Shown here one piece after another: positions 8,250-17,036 of a DNA stretch of 20,000 nt (positions are counted from its first letter, which is position 1; each line of letters begins with the position of its first letter). The stretch comes from Malacoraja senta. Taxonomy: Eukaryota. Location: contig JAXLNO010000522.1 of NCBI GenBank assembly GCA_038087875.1, positions 55,030 to 75,029 on the forward strand, written 5' to 3'. The translations under genes were made by a program, and so were the position numbers. The notes under the pieces are model-generated. The model did no database searches and had not been told where the DNA came from. It was given only the letters and a program-made list of their open reading frames with translations.

Positions 8250-9042
8250 CTTGCCATCCGCGAGTCATGGCGCCGGGTGGAAGAGGGCTCTGCCCGAGCC
8301 GGCAGCCTGCCCCTTTTATGGGGTTACGTCCGCGCCCGGGTGGTGTTAGAGAGGGACTACGTCCTGTCCACGGGCACCCTGGGGGATTTCCGGAACCGCT
8401 GGGCACGGCGGGGTGTTGAATGTATCCTTGACACCTGGATCTCCTGCCATCAGGCAAGAGATATCGCAGCATCAAAGCCCGGAGTACAAGACTGCTAAAC
8501 AGCTTCCTGCCATATGCTGTGAGGCTGCTAAACAGCCACTCTGTACTCACAGTCACCTGATTCTGCGGCTTGGCACGGACACTAGAATAACTGGCACTGG
8601 CCACTTCAATAACTGGCACTGGCCACTTCAATAACTGGCACTGGCCACTCAAATCAGCCACCCCGGACATGTTTATGATTGGTCTTACTGTATTTTAACG
8701 TTGTTTGTATCTATTTTAACTTATACTGTTCCATCAGGGACTGGATTGTTTTAGTGTTGTTATTATTATGTGTGAAATGTTTTAAACGTCATGTGGGATG
8801 CTCCGGTATTCCCTGGGAAACATCTTTTCGTTTTGCACTGCACAACTGTTGCTTGCAAGATGACAATAAAGGAATTGAATTGAATTGAATTGAATTGACA
8901 AGGATTGTAACATAGTTGTCTAGTAGTTTATTTAGTATATTTGTTTGTCTTGTATTATGGTGCTGGGTTCTGGTTTGTTTTGTTGTATTGTAAATATCAT
9001 TTTAAATAATTGAATACATTTTTTGATCAAAAAAAATAAAAA
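8250..9042 (+). mobile_element. Tx1/L1-like LINE 3' end with poly(A) tail, interrupted by a Rex1 3' fragment (8434-8894)
   Basis: LPLLWGYVRARVVLERDYVLSTGTLGDFRNRWA resembles a Tx1-type ORF2 C-terminus. A-rich tail at 9028-9042. The insert is flanked by ttgaca (8428-33 and 8895-900) and ends in (GAATT)n. Confidence 0.7.
8586..8649 (+). repeat. 22-bp minisatellite, about 3 copies
   Basis: (aataactggcactggccacttc) repeated ~2.9 times inside the Rex1 3' UTR. Confidence 0.95.
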
Positions 9043-9891
9043 GACATGATCTTCCACTGCAGCGCTAATGTCTAACCGTGACACTGGAATCCAGCTGCTG
9101 TGATCCAGAGGTGGAGTTTCTCATATGCAACAGCCTCTCCACTTTAATCTCACCCACCCACAGGTCTTTGGTGCAAGATGCACAACCAAGCTATCGTCGT
9201 CTATAATGGACCTCCTCAATCAGTGTAAAGTGATGCTCTCGTCATTAAAGGCATGACCTATATAGAACTGGGTTCCGAAGTTGGGAGATCTTGTTGCGGT
9301 GCATAAAACATCGATGAGACCCGATTTGGGGTATTGTGTTCAGTTTTGGTCTCCATGTTATGGGGAAGATGTTGTCGAGCTGGAAAAGGTGAGGAGGAGA
9401 CTCGCGAGGATGCTGCCAGGATGCTGAGGGCCTGAGCTGTAAGGAAAGGTTGAGCAGGCTGGGACTTCACTCCTTGGAGCGCAGGAGGATGAGGGGTGAT
9501 CTTGTAGAGGTGTACAAGATCACGAGAGGAAAGGATCGGGTAAATGCACAGAGCAAAGAAGGGAAGAGATTGAACTTTTTTTCCGCCTTCCATCACAGTG
9601 AGGAATGTGGAGGAGTCACTGTGGTGGATGTTTATGTAAAAATGTGTTTTGTGTGTTCTGTTGCTTTTTATTTGGATGTCTGACTTGGCAAATGAAATTC
9701 CTCGTACGTTGCAAAACATACTTGGCTAATAAAGTGTTATTGTGATTGTGATTGTCTTTTACCCAGAGTAGGGGAATCGAGAATAAGCAGACATGGGTTT
9801 AAGCTGAAGAGGGAATGATTTAATAGGAACTTGAGGCGTAACTTTTTACACAAAGGATGGTGTGTGTATGGATTGCGCTGCCGGAGGAGTA

Positions 9892-10250
9892 AATAGACAA
9901 TAGGTGCAGGAGTAGGCCATTCGGCCCTTCGAGCCAGCACCGCCATTCAATGTGATCATGGCTGATCATCCCCAATCAGTACCCCGTTCCTGCCTTCTCC
10001 CCATATCCCCTGACTCCGCTATCTTTAAGAGCCCTATCTAACTCTCTTTTGAAAGCATCCAGAGAACCTGCCTCTGAGGCAGAGAATTCCACAGACTCAC
10101 CACTCTCTGTGAGAAAAAGTGTTTCCTCATCTCCGTTCTAAATGGCCTACCCCTTATTCTTAAACTGTGTGTGGCCCCTGGTTCTGGACTCCCCCAACAT
10201 CGGGAACATGTTTCCTGCCTCTAGCGTGTCCAAGTCCTTAACAATCTTAT
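9892..10250 (-). mobile_element. CR1 LINE 3' end
   Basis: Reverse complement closely matches 3540-3900 and 13680-14200. Confidence 0.85.
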
Positions 10251-10265
10251 TAAGGCTGAGACTAT

Positions 10266-10975
10266 CAGATCAAATCAAGTCAAATTTATTGATAAAGCAC
10301 ATTTAAAAACAACCCACGTTGACCAAAGAGCTGTACAGAGCAGAGCAGGTAGTTAAAATCACAAAATGAAACAGACATACACAGGAATGCACACAGCACT
10401 CAGGTACAAATCATCAGCTCTAAGACACAAAACCAAGATTAGCCACATCAGGGGGATTCAAACGCTAGTGAATAAAAATAAAACTGAGCCTGGACTTAAA
10501 AGAGTCGATGGAGGGGGCAGATCTGATAGGGAGGGGGATGCTGTTCCCCAGTGTAGGGGCCGCAACAGCAAAGGCACGGTCACCCCTGAGCTTAAGTTTA
10601 GATCACGGGACAGCCAGGAGCCCCGAGTCAGCCGACCTGAGGGACCTGGAGGTAGAGTAAGGGGTAAGGAGGTGTGTGATGTAGGGGGGAGCAAGCATGT
10701 TTAGGGCTTTATAGACAAACAGGAGAAACTTAAAATCAACTCTGAGCCGTACTGGCAGCCAGTGGAGAGAGGCCAGAATGGGGGTAATATGGTCCCAATT
10801 CCAGGTACCTGTCAGGAGCCTGGCTGTGGCGTTCTGGACCAGTTGCAGGCGGGACAGGGACAACTGACTGATCCCAGTATACAGGGAGTTGCAGTAGTCC
10901 AGGCGAGAGGATATGAAAGCGTGGATGACTTTCTCCAGATCTTTGAATGAGAGGAACGGTTTTATTTTGGAAATG
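10266..10975 (-). mobile_element. L2-clade LINE 3' fragment
   Basis: ISKIKPFLSFKDLEKVIHAFISSRLDYCNSLYTG..LQLVQNATARLLTG..HITPILASLHWLPV..FK.LL.VYKALN..AP.Y; the 3' end reads aataaatttgacttgatttga. Confidence 0.88.
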
Positions 10976-11102
10976 CTATAATAACGTTTAAGAGATATTT
11001 TGTAAAGGTACATGGATAGGACAGGTTTAGAGGGATATGGGCCAAGCATAGGCAGGTGGAACTAGTGTAGATGGGACATGTTAGGTCGGTGTGGGCAAGT
11101 TG

Positions 11103-12145
11103 TAGGTATGTTACAAAACTTACCTTCAGCGGCGCTGCAGTTCTGTCACTGCCCGTGTGCGCGACATTGGCGCCTTTGAGAGGGGGCAGGTTTAAAATGC
11201 CTTGTTCCTCCAGCCTATTCAAATCGATGTCAGTCAGGCTGTTTAGCTGCTAAAGAATAATCGCTTCGACTGCTGTTTTATTAAGTTTCTTTTAAACTGC
11301 ACTGGATATTTTACGAACAGGAGTAAATTAAAAATAATCTTCTAAAGCCGTCAACGCCGACAACGGGGACGGATTTCATGTACGGGACAGGTAAAGGAAA
11401 GCCGCTTATTTTATATATAAACTTGCTTCTAAGGATGCCTTTAATCAAAATTTCACGTTGTGAAAATGTCATTATGTAAATATACGAACCGGCAGTATTT
11501 TTCCTGCCGATATGAGGTTTAAATTCACCGCATATGCAACGTTCCAAACCAGCGCGTTCCACAAAACCCACTCGCAAGATGATTTAAATGGCCATTAATT
11601 TACGGGAAGTAAACACAAAATTCCTTCCATTTGGCCTATAAATTAATGACAATGAGATTTAAAAATCATGTTATATTGTGAATTATTGTGTGAATGTTAT
11701 TTGAACACTTAGGCTATTTAAAAATGTTAACTTTTTCTTACGAAATGGATAGATGTTTAGATGTAGTAATTGAATTTTGTAATTAGCTACAATTGGGTAA
11801 CTAACTAATTATATGCTTCAATTTCAGAGCATTCAAGTAAGATTGTTTCATATTTGTTTCAGAATGCTTCAATCTATAATAACTGAAAATTTCATTCAGT
11901 TCTCTTAATTTTTAAGAAAGTTATGGGCTTTTGACTGTCCTTGATCACAGCTTTTGAGTTAAGTCAATGGAAAAGCAATAGGGAACAAGATGCTAATTTC
12001 AGTATGAAAATGGCCATAACTTTTTTAATACTGAAGATATGAAAGTGAATTAGGTGTCAAATTAAATTTATTTTTATGTTTTATCTGATGGGATAAATTG
12101 CAGACTTGATTTTTAAAATCGCAAAATTTTGCAACATTGCTACTA
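11103..12145. mobile_element. AT-rich non-autonomous DNA transposon, ~1.04 kb, TAG...CTA termini
   Basis: Imperfect TIRs TAGGTATGTTACAAAA and TTTTGCAACATTGCTA(CTA). gttg is duplicated (11099-102 and 12146-49). Removal restores the CR1 tail gggcaagttgggcc. Confidence 0.72.
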
Positions 12146-12462
12146 GTTGGGCCAAAGGGCCTGTTTCCACGTTGTATGACTCTATGACTGTGACACCAAC
12201 AGCCCTCCTACCCCAATAGTGAGTCAGTCACACCACGAGTTAGGTTGAACTAAACATCTATAATATGATGTGAACAGGACATTTTAAAGCAGAATTAATC
12301 GGACCTTGGATTCTAGATTCTGATTCTACAGGCTGATTCTAGATGTCAAGATCATTGGTTTGCCCACTTCAACTTTGATGTTAAATTGGAATTTAAATGT
12401 ATCCCAAAGAAATTCAGCTGCAGAAATTCAGCTTTAGGTCTCTGATTTTCTACCCAGGTTCT

Positions 12463-12762
12463 GTCATAGAGTCACAGAGTGATACAGCATGGAAACAGGC
12501 CCTTCGGCCCAACATGGAGCCTACATGTCTCAGCTACACTAGTCCCACCTGTCAGCGTTTGGTCCATATCCCTCCAAACCGGCCCTATCTACACTATAAT
12601 AGATTAGTGAAAGGCCTGGATAGAGTGGATGTGGAGAGGACAAATCTGTCTTTTCCATGTGTCTGCCTAACTGCTTCTTAAAGGCTGGGATAGTCCCTGC
12701 CTAAACTGCCTCAACTGGCAGCTTGTTCCATACACCCGCCACCCTTTGTGTGAAAAAGTTAA
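12463..12762 (-). mobile_element. CR1 3' end lying ~60 bp past the OLFM4-like stop codon
   Basis: gtcatagagtc..gatacagcatggaaacaggcccttcggcccaac tail and accctttgtgtgaaaaagtt (NFFTQRV motif, antisense reading). Confidence 0.7.
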
Positions 12763-12820
12763 ACCCTGTCGATCAGAAAAAGTCGGAGTCTACAGGTATT
12801 ACACTTCGACCGATGGCCGA

Positions 12821-13629
12821 CTATTGATCCGGTTTAAAGGTCACGTCATAGGACACCAGATAGCCGTCATTGTACACGTACAGCTTGTGATCGGACGGGT
12901 TGTAGCTGACACTGCGCAGTGTCTCCATCACCTTCTCCATCCTTACGGCGACCCGACCTTCCTCACCGGTCCCGGTGTCGAACGTGTAGAAGATCTCCTC
13001 CATCCCTGGTCCCACAGGCCGAAGGGCGTACAGCACCCCGCAGATCATGAAGGCGTTGGTGACGCTGGGCTTGAACTGTTCGGTGACCCAGGTCCTCCCC
13101 ACAGTGAAGGCCACCGTGTCGATTTTACTAATAAGAATACGCCCGGCATGCTGCTCGGTGGAGTAAATGACCCAAAGGCCTGTTTCATCGACAGCAAAGT
13201 CCATGTCCTGGTAGGTAACCTTGTAGTAGGAGAACCTGTTATTGTAGGCCGCATTAGCCAGGGTCCGTTTCTCTACGGTTCCTGTGTCTACGTTATACCT
13301 GCAGATATTCCTGCCATTGTAACAGTTGTAGTAAACAGAGTTATTGTACAAAACCATCCCAGCCCCCTGTGCTCCATTGTAATAGCTATACCCAAGGTTC
13401 CTTTCAGTCCAATTTTGGTAGAGCAGTAAATCGTCATAAGAAGGGTAGAAGCGGAAGGTTTGAAATAAAGATTCCCCAGTGGAGGCCACCACAAAATACT
13501 GCTCTTGTTCAGCGTGAAGGGGAACGGGGTCTTTCCCCCAAGCTCCACATTGGTAACTCGACCCCATCCAGTTCTGTTTCACAATGAAAGGTTCGGTGAC
13601 TTTGAGGAGGCCGCCATGTTTGCAACTCC
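12821..13629 (-). CDS. olfm4: Olfactomedin-4-like gene (right copy), last coding exon encoding the OLF beta-propeller domain
   Basis: Acceptor ttgacag|GG at 13630-31 and TAG stop at 12821-23. Translation (G)SCKHGGLLKVTEPFIVKQNW...GAWGKDP...QGAGMVLYNNSVYYNC...YNNRFSY...QDMDFAVDETGLWVIYSTEQHAGRILISKID...NAFMICGVLYA...SYNPSDHKLYVYNDGYLVSYDVTF is a typical olfactomedin domain closest in pattern to OLFM4. Its phase fits the exon at 15199-15346. Confidence 0.95.
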
Positions 13630-13903
13630 CTGTCAATAAACAGAAGAGAAACATTTGGAGTCATAGAGTAATAGAAACATAGAAAATAGGTGCAGGAGGA
13701 GGCCATTCGCCCTTCGAGCCAGCACCGCCATTCATTGTGATCATGGCTGATCGTCCCCAATCAATAACCCGTGCCTGCCTTCTCCTCATATCTCTTGATT
13801 CCACTAGCCCCTAGAGCTCTATCTAACTCTCTCTTAAATCCATCCAATGATTTGGCCTCCACTGCCCTCTGTGGCAGGGAATTCCACAAATTCACAACTC
13901 TCT

Positions 13904-14063
13904 AGTGGGGTGGAAGATTGCAACCTTCACGTGGTCCACCCTGTTTCGACTAATGCAATAAACTCGACGTGCACAAACGGAAGATCAAATAGAACAAGTT
14001 GTCCAACAACTTTAGGCTGTGCACGCCACACGAAAGAAGAAGAAGAAGAAGAAGAAGAAGAAG
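13904..14063 (+). mobile_element. Short non-autonomous retroposon with HDV-ribozyme head and (AAG)n tail, copy 2, inserted in a CR1 LINE
   Basis: Perfect 10-bp TSD acaactctct (13894-903 and 14064-73) and a pure (AAG)~10 tail. Splits CR1 ORF2 at FFTQRVV|NLWNSLP. Confidence 0.88.
13907..13960 (+). ncRNA. Minimal HDV-like ribozyme, copy 2
   Basis: P1 GGGGUGG/CCACCCU; P2 (G)AUUGCA/UGCAAU; P3 ACC/GGU; L3 UUCACGU; J4/2 CUAA with catalytic C at 13950. Confidence 0.82.
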
Positions 14064-15029
14064 ACAACTCTCTGGGTGAAAAAGTTTTTTCTCACCTCAG
14101 TCTTAAATGGCCTCCCCTTTATTCTAAGACTGTGGCCCCTGGTTCTGGACTCGCCCAACATTGGGAACATTTTTCCTGCATCTAGCCTGTCCAGTCCTTT
14201 TATAATTTTATATGTTTCTATAAGATCTCCCCTCATCCTTCCAAATTCCAGTGAATACAAGCCTAGTCTTTTCAATCTTTCCTCATATGACAGTCCCGCC
14301 ATCCCAGGGATTAATCTCGTGAACCTACGCTGCACTGCCTCAATCACAAGGATGTCCTTCCTCAAATTAGGAGACCAAAACTGTACACAATACTCCAGAT
14401 GTGGTCTTCCCAGAGCCCTATACAATTGCAGAAGAACCTCTTTACTCCTATACTGAAATCCTCTTGTTATGAAGGCCAACATTCCATTAGCTTTCTTCAC
14501 TTCCTGCTGAACCAGCTCGCCAACTTTCAATGACTGGTGTACAAGGACACCCATGTCTTGCTTCACCTCCCCCTTACCCAACCTAACCCCATTGAGATAA
14601 TAATCTGCCCCCTTGTTTTTGCCGCCAAAGTGGATAACCACACATTTATCTATATTATACTGCATCTGCCCACTCACTCAACCAGTCCAGGTCACCCTGC
14701 AACCTCCTAACATCCTCTTCACAGTTCACACTGCCACCCAGCTTTGTGTCATCAGCAAACTTGCTAGTGTTGCTCCTAATTCCCTCTTCCAAATCATTAA
14801 TATATATGGTAAACAGTTGTGGCCCCAACACTGAGCCTTGCGGCACTCCACTCGCCACTGCCTGCCATTCTGAAAAGGACCCGTTCACTCCTACTCTTTG
14901 CTTCCTGTCTGCCAACCAATTTTCTATCTATGTCAACACCCCACCCCCAATACCATGATACAGCCTAGAAACAGGCCCTTCGGCCCAACTTGCCCACACC
15001 GGCCAACAATGTCCCACCTACACTAGCAC

Positions 15030-15145
15030 ACCCGAAAGTCCCCTCGACCCGAGTAGTAGCAGTCAAATACGGGGCAAGGGCGGTCCAGTACGGGGCAAAC
15101 CCAATATACGGGATGCCCCGGCTAATACGGGACAGTTGGCAACCA
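15030..15145. mobile_element. hAT-like MITE terminal fragment
   Basis: Repeated TACGGG subterminal motifs (4x) ending in aatacgggacagttggcaacc, the reverse complement of a GGTTGCCAAC-type TIR. No partner end found. Confidence 0.5.
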
Positions 15146-15198
15146 TTGTGCCTCCCTCCCCAGTCACTGTGGTGCCGCGCGGTTGATCGATAACTGAC

Positions 15199-15346
15199 CG
15201 TAGTCGATGGGCGGAGGGGTCACGGCCTGGTTGCTCTCACACTCCTCCAGCCGTTCCCGCAGGGCCGCCATGTCCTTGCGTATTTGCAGCACGTTATTCC
15301 TGTCGTACGATTCCAGCTGGTGGACGATGAGGGACATGTTCTCGAT
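15199..15346 (-). CDS. olfm4: OLFM4-like (right copy), 148-bp coiled-coil/linker exon
   Basis: tttcag|ATC acceptor and G|GTCAGT donor. Encodes IENMSLIVHQLESYDRNNVLQIRKDMAALRERLEECESNQAVTPPPIDY-G, similar to the OLFM4 segment IRNMTLLVEKLETLDKNNVLAIRREIVALKTKLKECE. Ends in phase 1. Confidence 0.93.
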
Positions 15347-15404
15347 CTGAAACACAAAGGGAATGGTGGAGGAGCAAGGGGCAACCGAGCAAAAATCATA
15401 CAAC

Positions 15405-16030
15405 CGACTTCACCCGAGGTCAGGATCGAACCCGGGTCTCGGGCGCTGTGAGAGCCATCACACCCATGCGGCTCTGCCAGCGTGCTGCCCTTTCATCAAG
15501 AATGAAACATTAACTCTGGTCTCAAGGTGAATCGAGTTTGTGAAACGTGTTTAGTTTGGCGATACATCATGGAAACAGGCCCTTCGGCCCACCGAGTCTG
15601 TGCCGACCAATGATTCTATGTCTCGAATCCTACGCACCAGGGGCAATTTTACAGAAGCCAATTAACCTGCAAGCCCGCACGTCTTTGTAGTGTGGGAGGA
15701 AACCGGAGCACCCGGAGGAAACCCATGCGGTCACAGGGAGAACGCGCAAACTCCGCACAGACAGCACCCGTCATCAGTTTTGAACCGGGTCTCCTAGACA
15801 CAAGCAGAATCGAGTGTGTGAAGTGTGTCCTCCTGAACTCAGTGAAGAGCTGGGATATCTCCGGGTGCTCCGGTTTCCTCCCACATTCCAGAGACGTGCG
15901 GATTTGTAGGTTAATTGTCTGCTGTGAAATTGTCCCCTAGTGCAGGATAGAACTAGTATAGGGGCGGTCGCTGGCTGGCACGGACTCAGTGGGCCAAAGG
16001 GTCCGTTTCCACGCTGTATCTCTGAACTCT
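15405..16030. mobile_element. Cluster of HE1-like SINE pieces (15405-15490 minus, 15548-15795 minus, 15860-16030 plus)
   Basis: B-box (caggatcgaacccggg, antisense); the body gggaggaaaccggagcacccggag and its inverse ccgggtgctccggtttcctccc; CR1-type 3' ends. Confidence 0.75.
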
Positions 16031-16147
16031 GAACTCCAGAGATGTTGCCTGACCCGCTGAGGTCCTCCAGCGGTTTGTGTATGTTTTTAGGCCAGAGAGG
16101 TGTGGTGCGTTAAAGTGAATGATGGTTCTGTGGGTGATGCTGCTCAC

Positions 16148-16357
16148 CTCTTCGTAGAGCTGGTCGATGATGGTGTTGCTCCCGTTGAGCGTCACCTTCA
16201 GCTGGGAGGTGAGGGACACCAGCTCTCGTATCTCCAGCTTGAGCAGCTCAAAGTCGAGCTGGGTGTAGGAGCCCCCGGTCTCGATGTTCTCCACACGCCG
16301 GGTCAGGTTCACCAGCCTGGACGCGTACACCGACAGAGTGCGCCCATATTCCTTCAC
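16148..16357 (-). CDS. olfm4: OLFM4-like (right copy), 210-bp coiled-coil exon
   Basis: gtacag|GTG acceptor and GAG|GTGAGC donor, phase 0-0. Encodes VKEYGRTLSVYASRLVNLTRRVENIETGGSYTQLDFELLKLEIRELVSLTSQLKVTLNGSNTIIDQLYEE, which contains the OLFM4-type SYTxLDFELxK motif. Confidence 0.93.
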
Positions 16358-16549
16358 CTGTACACAACAACCGGGAGTTACACTCACCTTCGGAGAATAG
16401 AGGTTGCATCTCAAAATAACAGGCCGACATTTTGAATTTGGCTCTCCCTTTTATCCACAGCCTTGTTGTGATGTATAGCCAGTACTGCATTGTGTAGCTG
16501 TTGTTAGAACGTGTAGGTGTTGTTCCAATGTGTAACCATTCTAATGGCT

Positions 16550-16928
16550 TCACGCTGCCACGACAAGGCCAGCAGCATAATCAAGGGCCAGTCTCACCCC
16601 GGTCACTCCCCCTTCTCCCCTCTCCCATCAGGCAAGAGGTACAGAAGTGTGAAAATGCAAGCTTCAAGATTCAGGGACAGTTTCTTCCCAGTTGCATTCA
16701 GGCAAGTGAACCACCCTCTCACCAACCAAAGAGTGGTCCTGAGCCACCATCTACCGCATTGGAGACCCTCGGACTATCTGGAATTGGACTTTACTAGACT
16801 TTACCTTTCACCAAATGTAATTCCCTTCATCCTGTATCTGTGGAAAGCTTGATTGTAATCATGTGTTATCTTTCCGCTGAGTGGATAGCACGCAACAAAA
16901 GCTTTTCACTGTACCTCGATACACGTGA

Positions 16929-16960
<32 letters not shown>

Positions 16961-16975
16961 CTGAACTAAACTAAA
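16550..16975 (+). mobile_element. Rex1/Babar LINE 3' end with (AAACT)n tail
   Basis: RCHDKASSIIKGQSHPGHSPFSPLPSGKRYRSVK..SRFRDSFFP; tail at 16933-16975. Confidence 0.82.
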
Positions 16976-17036
16976 TACGTAGCTGTTGTTATAATGTGTA
17001 GATGTAATAAAGGAGGTGTCGTTATATGTAGTTCTT

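Larger units (their letters stand above)
9255..12190 (+). mobile_element. Old CR1 LINE fragmented by four younger insertions
   Basis: CR1 ORF2 (RLGLHSLERRRMRGDLVEVYKI) at 9255-9890 and its 3' end at 10976-11102 plus 12146-12190. Inserts at ~9554-9753, 9892-10250, 10266-10975 and 11103-12145. Confidence 0.72.
13659..14950 (-). mobile_element. CR1 LINE ~1.3-kb 3' portion (RT domain to tail) in the last intron
   Basis: SGVPQGSVLGPQLFTIYINDL...SKFADDTKLG (RT) and HLEYCVQFWSP..VQRRFTRLIPGM..RLGLYSLE..RGDLIETYKI. Frameshifted near 14660. Confidence 0.92.

Noticed and set aside
8586..8649. Possible CRISPR-like direct repeats
   Set aside because: Contiguous 22-bp units with no spacers, in eukaryotic LINE 3'UTR context.
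12746..13429. 227-aa plus-strand ORF
   Set aside because: Antisense shadow of the olfactomedin exon, with no recognisable motifs.
14012..14065. Poly-Phe, poly-Lys and poly-Glu tracts in three ORFs
   Set aside because: Translations of the (AAG)n retroposon tail.
13659..14950. Active autonomous CR1
   Set aside because: 5'-truncated, frameshifted and interrupted by an insertion.
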